From contig JAFLCX010000002.1 of assembly GCA_017302635.1 (NCBI GenBank), positions 1,129,979 to 1,193,978 of the forward strand: DNA of 64,000 nucleotides, written 5' to 3'. The position numbers and the translations under genes are program-made. Positions 58,009 through 64,000 of this stretch are shown here, one piece after another. Within the stretch, counting starts at the first letter, position 1. Every line of letters starts with the position of its first letter. The DNA is from Hyphomicrobiales bacterium. GTDB taxonomy: Bacteria; Pseudomonadota; Alphaproteobacteria; Rhizobiales; Beijerinckiaceae. The notes below the pieces were generated by a model, which ran no database searches, was not told the origin of the DNA, and saw only the letters and a program-made list of their open reading frames with translations.

Positions 58009-58899
58009 GTGCCGCCACCCCCATTCTCCCTCGCCGAGCGCGCGCAATTCAGGCTGGAAGCAGCCGGTTTTGACCTTGGAGCCGGGCTTATCCGCGCACT
58101 TGGTCCGGATCGCGCCGGAGCAATCGGATCGGCGTTCTGGCGTCGGCTCGCGCCGCTCAACAAGCGCCACAAACGTGCTGAGGGCCATATCCGGGCAGCG
58201 TTGCCCGCTTTGGACGACGAGGAAGTCGCGCGCATCCTCAACGAGATGTGGGCCAATCTCGGCCGCACATCCGTGGAGGCTTTTCACCTAGAGCAACTGA
58301 TCCGCGAACAGGATCGTTTCACGATACCGTCAGATTTTCACGAGGCGATCCGCGTCGCGAAGGCCCGTGGCGCGGTTTTCGTTTCGCTTCATCAGGGCAA
58401 TTGGGAACTGGCTTCCCCCCTGTTGCACTATCACGGGTTGCCGGTCGCGGGTGTCTATCAGAAATTGCGGAACCCGATCGTGGACGCGCGAGCCACTGAA
58501 GCGCGCGGGCCGTTCTATGCTCTGGGGCTCTATGCAAAGGGGAACGAGACCGCACGACGGTTGCTTCGCATTGTCGGCGAGCGCGGCACTGTGACGATCA
58601 TGGCCGATCTGCGGGATCTCTCCGGCGTGAGCGTGCCGTTCTTCGGCCAGCCCGCGCCCTCAACGCTGTTTCCGGCCCTGCTCGCACGTGGCCGCGACGT
58701 GCCGATTTTCGCCGGCGCTGTGCTGCGGCGCGAGGGCGCGACATTCGAAGCGAAAGTGGCGGAAGTGCCGGTCGCGAGATCGGGTGATCGCGAGACGGAC
58801 CTGATGGAAACGACAGCGGCCATCCAGCGCCAGTTCGAGACTTTCATCCGCGCCAGACCGGGGCAATGGATGTGGGGTCACCGGCGCTGGAAGCGCTGA
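58009..58899 (+). CDS. Lipid A biosynthesis lauroyl/LPLAT-family acyltransferase (LpxL/HtrB-like)
   Basis: Only the 3' half of ORF 57100..58899 is plausible; the 5' part is antisense to the AEC gene. GTG 58009 is a tentative start. HQGNWE acyltransferase motif. Confidence 0.7.
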   Translation: MPPPPFSLAERAQFRLEAAGFDLGAGLIRALGPDRAGAIGSAFWRRLAPLNKRHKRAEGHIRAALPALDDEEVARILNEMWANLGRTSVEAFHLEQLIREQDRFTIPSDFHEAIRVAKARGAVFVSLHQGNWELASPLLHYHGLPVAGVYQKLRNPIVDARATEARGPFYALGLYAKGNETARRLLRIVGERGTVTIMADLRDLSGVSVPFFGQPAPSTLFPALLARGRDVPIFAGAVLRREGATFEAKVAEVPVARSGDRETDLMETTAAIQRQFETFIRARPGQWMWGHRRWKR

Positions 58900-59001
58900 G
58901 ACAGGTCGCCGCACCGCCCGTTCTTCGTGAACCGCCAGTCTTTACCCTCTTGAGATAGCCAGCAAACGGCATAAGTTAAGGCCTGAACGAGGGCTTGAAA
59001 C

Positions 59002-59349
59002 ATGCAGGATCGGGAAGGAAAATTCGTATCTGCGAAGTTCGCGATCGGTCAGGTCGTGCGCCACCGCTTTTATCCGTTTCGTGGCGTGATCTTCGATGTT
59101 GATCCGGAATTCGCCAATTCCGAGGATTGGTGGCTCTCGATTCCCGAGCATCTGCGCCCACGCAAGGATCAGCCGTTCTACCATCTCTTCGCCGAGAATG
59201 CCGAAACCGAGTACATCGCCTATGTCTCGGAGCAAAACCTGCTCGCCGATGAATCCGATCGCCCGCTGCGCCATCCGCAGATTCAGGATCACTTCCGCAA
59301 GGTACGGGACGGGCGTTTTCAGGTGAAGAACGCCACCAGCCTGAATTGA
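59002..59349 (+). CDS. hspQ: Heat-shock protein HspQ / hemimethylated-DNA-binding YccV family
   Basis: 115 aa, FAIGQVVRHRFYPFRGVIFDVDP...PFYHL motif. Confidence 0.85.
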   Translation: MQDREGKFVSAKFAIGQVVRHRFYPFRGVIFDVDPEFANSEDWWLSIPEHLRPRKDQPFYHLFAENAETEYIAYVSEQNLLADESDRPLRHPQIQDHFRKVRDGRFQVKNATSLN

Positions 59350-59391
59350 GCGCTTCCGAGGTTCGCTTCCGGAAAACTCAGGAGGCAAAAT

Positions 59392-59422
59392 AAAAAAAGC
59401 CCGGCGCGAACCGGGCTTTTTC
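59392..59422. terminator. Bidirectional intrinsic terminator
   Basis: AAAAAAA-GCCCGG-CGCGAA-CCGGGC-TTTTTC between the convergent hspQ and ialB-like genes. Confidence 0.75.
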
Positions 59423-59444
59423 TATGGGTTGATCGCGGTGCCGG

Positions 59445-60146
59445 TTACTGGGGCTGAGCGCCCTGACGCTGGCGCATCAGCTCTTCACCACGCCGACGCA
59501 GCTCATCCGAGCCCGGCTGAGCAGCACCCTGCTGGGCGCGCGCCGCATCCTCGCGCATTTTCTGCAAGGTCGCGGGGTCGAGGCCGGCGCTGTCATACAT
59601 TTTCGAGAAGCCGTCGAGCGGAACCTCGAAATTCACCTCCTGCGCGAACTGGTTCTGCATGTCGAGACGCAGGACCTTGCCCTTCTTGATCAGGTTGACG
59701 GCGGCTTCGTTGAGTTCAACCTCGACGAAGCAGCCCTCCTGCGAGCAGATCTGGAACCGGCCGGCAATCGGGTTCAGCCCTTCGGTCGAGAGGCGAACAC
59801 CCGGCGGGATCATGAAGGTCAGCGGCACGAGAATACGCGCGAAGCGGCGCGGATCATCCTTCACCTGATAGAGGGCGAGGCCCATCACCGGCTGGTTGTT
59901 CTCGGCCACGAAATCGCGCGTGGTGTAGCAGACGGTTTTCTTCGCGACGGGGTCTTCGTCGCAAACCTTGATCCAGTCCGGCTGGTAGGGCGCGGCCTTG
60001 AGCGGCACTTTCACGGCCGCCGGCGGCTGCGGCGCGGCCGCTGAGGGCTGCTGCGGTTGCGCCGGGCGCTGCTGCTGCGCGCTGGCGCCCCAGGCGATCA
60101 CACTGGCGGCAGCGGCGATCAGGCCGATGGTGACGTTCTTTATCAT
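59445..60146 (-). CDS. Invasion-associated locus B (IalB)-family periplasmic protein
   Basis: ATG 60146 gives the signal peptide MIKNVTIGLIAAAASVIAWGASA. Gln/Pro-rich linker, then an IalB-like domain (GCFVEVEL). Confidence 0.7.
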   Translation of the reverse strand: MIKNVTIGLIAAAASVIAWGASAQQQRPAQPQQPSAAAPQPPAAVKVPLKAAPYQPDWIKVCDEDPVAKKTVCYTTRDFVAENNQPVMGLALYQVKDDPRRFARILVPLTFMIPPGVRLSTEGLNPIAGRFQICSQEGCFVEVELNEAAVNLIKKGKVLRLDMQNQFAQEVNFEVPLDGFSKMYDSAGLDPATLQKMREDAARAQQGAAQPGSDELRRRGEELMRQRQGAQPQ

Positions 60147-60346
60147 TGTCGGGGCGTCCCCTGTTGCAGGCACAATCTGGAATTCGAGCCTGCTTATGCG
60201 ATTTTGATCCGGAACTGCAACCCCTGCAAAGCCAGATTCGAGCAGTTCGGCGGCACTCATCCGCGCCGAATGCGGCTGAACCGTGACTGGGATCAAAATC
60301 GCCGCTGGTGATGGCCAGTTTGCGTGGTTCCGCCTATTCTTCGGCC

Positions 60347-62185
60347 ATGACGGCAGGACGAATCATGCGGTGGAAGCCAGCCCGGCGCGAGGTGCTGGCA
60401 GGGCTCGGAGCCTTGGCATTGGCTGGAAGCAGTGCGCGCACCTCGGCTGATGACGCGCCGCATCGTCATGGCATTGCCATGCACGGCGAGCCGGCTTTGC
60501 CGCCCGATTTCACCCATCTGCCGTTTGCCAACCCGGCCGCGCCCAAGGGCGGGCAGTTCCGGCAAGCGATTTTCGGTTCGTTCGATACCCTGAATTCCAT
60601 GAGCGTGCGGGGCAATGCGCCGTCCGTGATGGTTCCCTTGATTGTTCAGCCCCTGCTGATGCGCTCGCAGGACGAGCCGTTCACACTCTACGGATTACTC
60701 GCCGAGACGGTCGCGACACCGCCCGATCGAGCCTTTGTCGAGTTCCGGACGAACCCGCAGGCGCGCTTTGCCGACGGCAAGCCGGTCACTGCGGCGGATG
60801 TTGCGTTCTCCTGGCAGCTTTTCACGCAGCGTGGCCGACCCAATTACCGGCGCAATGCCGAGAAAATCGCGCGCGTCGAAATCCGCGACGAACGCACGAT
60901 CCGGTTCACTTTCAAGGCGGCGAATGATCTCGAATTGCCTCTGATCATCGGCCTGATGCCGGTTCTCGCGGCGCATGCAACCGATCCGGAGCGTTTCGAG
61001 AATATGGGCTTCACGCCTTTTCTCGGCTCTGGTCCCTATCGCCTCGAGGCAATCGAACCGGGCAGCTCTATCACGCTGGCGCGGCGAGAGGATTACTGGG
61101 GCAAGGACTTGCCGATCCATCGCGGGCTCTACAATCCGGATCGGCTGAAATTCGACTTTTTTCGCGACAGCAACACGCAGTTCGAGGCGTTCAAGACCGG
61201 CTTGATCGATTTCAGGGCCGAGATCGAGCCCGTCAAATGGCTTTCAGGCTACGATATCCCGGCTGTGCGCGACGGACGCATTGTGCGCGAGAGCATTCCC
61301 ATCCGCGCGCCGAAGGGCATGTCCGGCTTCGTGTTCAACAGCCGCAAGGCGCCTTTCTCGGATATTCGGGTGCGCGAGGCAATGTTCTCGCTGTTCGATT
61401 TCGAATGGCTCAACGCCAATCTCTATTCCGGTGTCTACCGGCGCACGGGGTCGTTTTTTGACGAGAGCGAGCTTTCCTTCAAGGGCAGCGCGGCCTCGCC
61501 GCGCGAGTTGGCGCTTGCAGGGCCGGAACTCGCCGCTTTGCGCCCCGACATTCTCGACGGCAGCTGGAAGCCACCGATATCCGATGGTTCGGGGCGAGAT
61601 CGCAAGGTGATGCGCCGCGCGATCGATTTGCTGCGCGACGCTGGTTTCGCCGTGCGCGATGGCGTGATGACCCATCTCGCTTCGAATTCACCGATGGTGT
61701 TCGAGATTCTGGTGACGACCCGCGAGAAGGAACGCATCGCGCTCGCCTTCGCCGATACGTTGCGGCAGGTTGGCATTCGCCCCAACATCCGGCTGGTGGA
61801 TAGCTCGCAATATTGGGCGCGCCTCAAGGACAAGCAGTTCGATTGCATCATCGAAGGTTATGTCGTCGGTGCCTCCCCCGGTCAGGAGCAGGTCAACCGC
61901 TGGGGCAGCATCGCCGCCGATCAGCCGGGCACGCTCAACTGGGCGGGGGTGAAATCCGCTGCGATCGACCGCACCATCAACGCCATGCTCAGCGCGCGCG
62001 GGCGTGAGGATTTCGTGGCGGCCGTGCGCGCGCTCGACCGCTTGCTCATTGCGGGGCATTTTGTTCTGCCGCTCTACCACCTGCCCGATCGCTGGATCGC
62101 GCGGTGGAATCACGTGAAACGCCCGGAAAAGCTGCCGCAATTCGATCTGACGACCGATCTCTTCTGGATTGAAGCGAATCGGTAG
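60347..62185 (+). CDS. ABC transporter substrate-binding protein, family 5 (YejA-like)
   Basis: Tat-like signal (RWKPARREVLAGLGALALAGSSA); about 612 aa. Start 60347, with 60308/60365 as alternatives. No permease or ATPase genes are adjacent. Confidence 0.8.
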   Translation: MTAGRIMRWKPARREVLAGLGALALAGSSARTSADDAPHRHGIAMHGEPALPPDFTHLPFANPAAPKGGQFRQAIFGSFDTLNSMSVRGNAPSVMVPLIVQPLLMRSQDEPFTLYGLLAETVATPPDRAFVEFRTNPQARFADGKPVTAADVAFSWQLFTQRGRPNYRRNAEKIARVEIRDERTIRFTFKAANDLELPLIIGLMPVLAAHATDPERFENMGFTPFLGSGPYRLEAIEPGSSITLARREDYWGKDLPIHRGLYNPDRLKFDFFRDSNTQFEAFKTGLIDFRAEIEPVKWLSGYDIPAVRDGRIVRESIPIRAPKGMSGFVFNSRKAPFSDIRVREAMFSLFDFEWLNANLYSGVYRRTGSFFDESELSFKGSAASPRELALAGPELAALRPDILDGSWKPPISDGSGRDRKVMRRAIDLLRDAGFAVRDGVMTHLASNSPMVFEILVTTREKERIALAFADTLRQVGIRPNIRLVDSSQYWARLKDKQFDCIIEGYVVGASPGQEQVNRWGSIAADQPGTLNWAGVKSAAIDRTINAMLSARGREDFVAAVRALDRLLIAGHFVLPLYHLPDRWIARWNHVKRPEKLPQFDLTTDLFWIEANR

Positions 62186-62188
62186 AGA

Positions 62189-63424
62189 ATGAGGCCAATG
62201 AACGGCTTTGATCGCACGCCATCCTCTTCGCTGACCCGCACCGCGCTCGCCGAGCCTTGGAACCGGCTGACCGTCACTGGCCTCGCGCAGGGTGCCGCCG
62301 CTGCCAACCCGGCGCGCGCCTTTATCTCCGATTGCCCGGATCGCGAAGCCTGGGAGGGCAACACCCCGCGTCGCCTCAGTTTTGGAGATTTTCGCCGCGA
62401 ATGCGAGTTTTTCGCCGGCCAGATCGAAACTCTCGGCCTTGAGCCCGGCAACCGGGCGCTGATCCTGATGCCCAACATCGTCGAGGCCGCCATCGCGGTT
62501 GTCGGTTGCATGACCGCTGGCGTCACACCCGCGCTCGCGCCGATCGAGGAGAGTGTCGAGACACTGCGCATCGCTGCCGAGCGGATCGGCGCGTCGGCCA
62601 TCATCACCAATGCGCGCTGCGAAGATATCCGTCCGGCAGAACTGGCCCGTCAGATCGCGGCGCGCGTGATTTCGATCCGCTGTGTCGCCGGTTTCGGGCA
62701 TGGTCTCCCCGAGGGGGTCATCCCGCTCGATGGCTGGTCGGAACAGGATATCGACCCCAATCCCAACCGCCCTGTCCGCCGGCAGGATCAGGAGGGGCTG
62801 GTCACCTTCTCGTTCGGGGTTGACGGGGTCGTCGCGCACATCCGGAGCGAGGCGCAGGCGATTTGCGATGCTTTGGCTGTCGCAACCCGCCACAAGCTCG
62901 CGCGCGATTGTGCTCTTGTGAACACCATGCACCAGGCTGGTTCAGCGGCTCTGGCGGCATCGCTGCTCATGCCGCTGTTTCTCGGTGCACAGGTTCGGCT
63001 GGTTGGGCCGTTCAAGGCCGAACGGCTGCGTGCCGCTCTGCGCGATACCACGCAGGCCACTCTGCTGTGCCCAGCCTCGCTGGTGCCGCTTGTCCGTGAA
63101 AGCCGTGGCCACGAGCCTGCCCTCGCCGCCTTGGGAAGCATTCTGTGTGTCATCCGGCCCGGGCAGGAATTCGAGCAGGCCGGGGACGCGCCGCCACTCT
63201 CGCCTTTGTTCGATCTGTTGGAGCAATGCCTGCTGGCTCATTCGGAACTGCCGGAAACGATCGACGATATTCTTGGGCCGCATGTGCATCCGATGGACAG
63301 CGTGCTCGAAGCAGGGCAGCCCTATCTCCTGCTCTCGCGCGGGGATGACGACATCATCCGCGCCTACGGATTCGCAGCGGCCGAGGCACAGGCCCGATCC
63401 GCCGCAGCAAGCGAAGCTGCCTGA
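62189..63424 (+). CDS. Adenylate-forming-enzyme-like protein (AMP-binding N-domain, degenerate P-loop)
   Basis: 411 aa. The N-terminal third resembles acyl-CoA synthetases (LSFGDFRRECEFFAGQIETLGLEPGNRALILMPNIVEAAIAVVGCMTAGV). FSFGVDG sits where T/SSGTTGxPK is expected, and there is no C-terminal subdomain. Confidence 0.45.
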   Translation: MRPMNGFDRTPSSSLTRTALAEPWNRLTVTGLAQGAAAANPARAFISDCPDREAWEGNTPRRLSFGDFRRECEFFAGQIETLGLEPGNRALILMPNIVEAAIAVVGCMTAGVTPALAPIEESVETLRIAAERIGASAIITNARCEDIRPAELARQIAARVISIRCVAGFGHGLPEGVIPLDGWSEQDIDPNPNRPVRRQDQEGLVTFSFGVDGVVAHIRSEAQAICDALAVATRHKLARDCALVNTMHQAGSAALAASLLMPLFLGAQVRLVGPFKAERLRAALRDTTQATLLCPASLVPLVRESRGHEPALAALGSILCVIRPGQEFEQAGDAPPLSPLFDLLEQCLLAHSELPETIDDILGPHVHPMDSVLEAGQPYLLLSRGDDDIIRAYGFAAAEAQARSAAASEAA

Positions 63425-63427
63425 GTC

Positions 63428-64000
63428 TTATTTTCGTTTCTCAGCGATGGCGGCGATCTCATTGAGAAGATTGCGGGTCGCCTTCAACCGCACGCCTGTG
63501 TTCTCGAAGGCTCCAGCGAAAACAATCCGCATGTCGGGCCGCACTTTTGCTGTTGGCCCTTTCTCGGTCACGTATTTCACCAGGCCGCCGGGATTTGCAA
63601 AAGCCTGATTGCGGAACGAGACGATGATCCCCTTCGGCCCTGCCTCGACCTTGTCGACATTCGCGCGGCGACACAGAAGCTTGATCGAGACGATCGCCAT
63701 GAGATGCCCGATTTCGGGCGGCAACGGCCCGAACCGGTCAATCATTTCTGCCGCAAAGCCCTCGATCTCGGATTCGGTTTCGACCTGAGCGAGGCGGCGA
63801 TAGAGCCCCATCCGCAAGTCAAGATCGGCGATGTAATTGTCCGGGATCAGCACCGGCGTGCCAATCGCGATATTGGGCGACCAGGCTTCCTCGTCGGGCA
63901 GTTCCTGCCCGGCCTTCAGAGCTGCCACCGCCTCTTCGAGCATCTGCTGGTAAAGCTCGAAACCCACTTCCTTGATATGGCCGGATTGCTCGTCGCCCAA
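63428..64000 (-). CDS. mfd: Transcription-repair coupling factor, C-terminal part (5' end off-window)
   Basis: 190 aa of ORF running to the window edge. GDEQSGHIKEVGFELYQQMLEEAV and the TRCF C-terminal domain. Confidence 0.9.
   Translation of the reverse strand: MGDEQSGHIKEVGFELYQQMLEEAVAALKAGQELPDEEAWSPNIAIGTPVLIPDNYIADLDLRMGLYRRLAQVETESEIEGFAAEMIDRFGPLPPEIGHLMAIVSIKLLCRRANVDKVEAGPKGIIVSFRNQAFANPGGLVKYVTEKGPTAKVRPDMRIVFAGAFENTGVRLKATRNLLNEIAAIAEKRK

Noticed and set aside
57100-58899. 599-aa + strand ORF as one gene
   Set aside because: The first about 300 codons are antisense to the AEC transporter and have junk composition. Only the part from about 58009 resembles an LpxL/LPLAT acyltransferase, so the gene was trimmed.
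1-64000. Search for CRISPR arrays, IS/transposase or integrase genes, prophage genes, toxin-antitoxin pairs or known defence systems
   Set aside because: None were seen on either strand. The only TA-like name (RatA) is the conserved SRPBCC neighbour of lipA and has no partner gene.

Overview
GC-rich (about 63-65% by eye) alphaproteobacterial chromosomal segment with a core gene order like that of Hyphomicrobiales/Rhizobiales. All family calls come from motifs I recognise in the translations; no database search was possible. Gene order: pdhA-pdhB-[orphan]-pdhC-GDSL-DUF465-TM protein-lpd, four small membrane-protein genes, lipA-ratA-like, cinA/pncC, ispDF, dusB-ntrBC-ntrYX, hfq-hflX, mazG, Fe-ADH, MBL-tatD-metG-holB-tmk, dac-rlpA, tRNA-Ser(UGA), fnr. 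Then a contiguous ccoNOQP-ccoGHIS block, including ccoQ and ccoS, which are too short for the ORF track. Next comes a NitT/TauT-type ABC importer beside an uncharacterised oxidoreductase/amidohydrolase cluster. The window ends with ridA-rimO, qor, sulP, ubiH-family, AEC transporter, lpxL-like, hspQ, ialB-like, a family-5 SBP, a degenerate adenylate-forming-like gene and the 3' part of mfd. I saw no CRISPR array, IS/transposase, integrase, phage gene or recognisable defence system. Most of the window is ordinary core genome. Points worth a second look: (1) the last 15 nt of lpd (23/27 nt extended) are duplicated exactly 610 nt downstream and bracket a small insertion next to a lower-GC stretch of tiny membrane-protein genes; (2) a low-GC orphan secreted-protein gene sits between pdhB and pdhC; (3) two paralogous FAD-oxidase/flavodoxin-like gene pairs lie in mirror orientation around GNAT + creatininase-family genes, with an importer, a CodA-like amidohydrolase and RidA but no regulator; (4) a 43-44 nt hairpin repeat occurs three times just after stop codons, with a compensatory stem change; (5) the PBP5-type DD-carboxypeptidase has Ala in place of the SxxK serine; (6) the lipoyl-domain DNA of pdhB and pdhC shows a near-identical tract.
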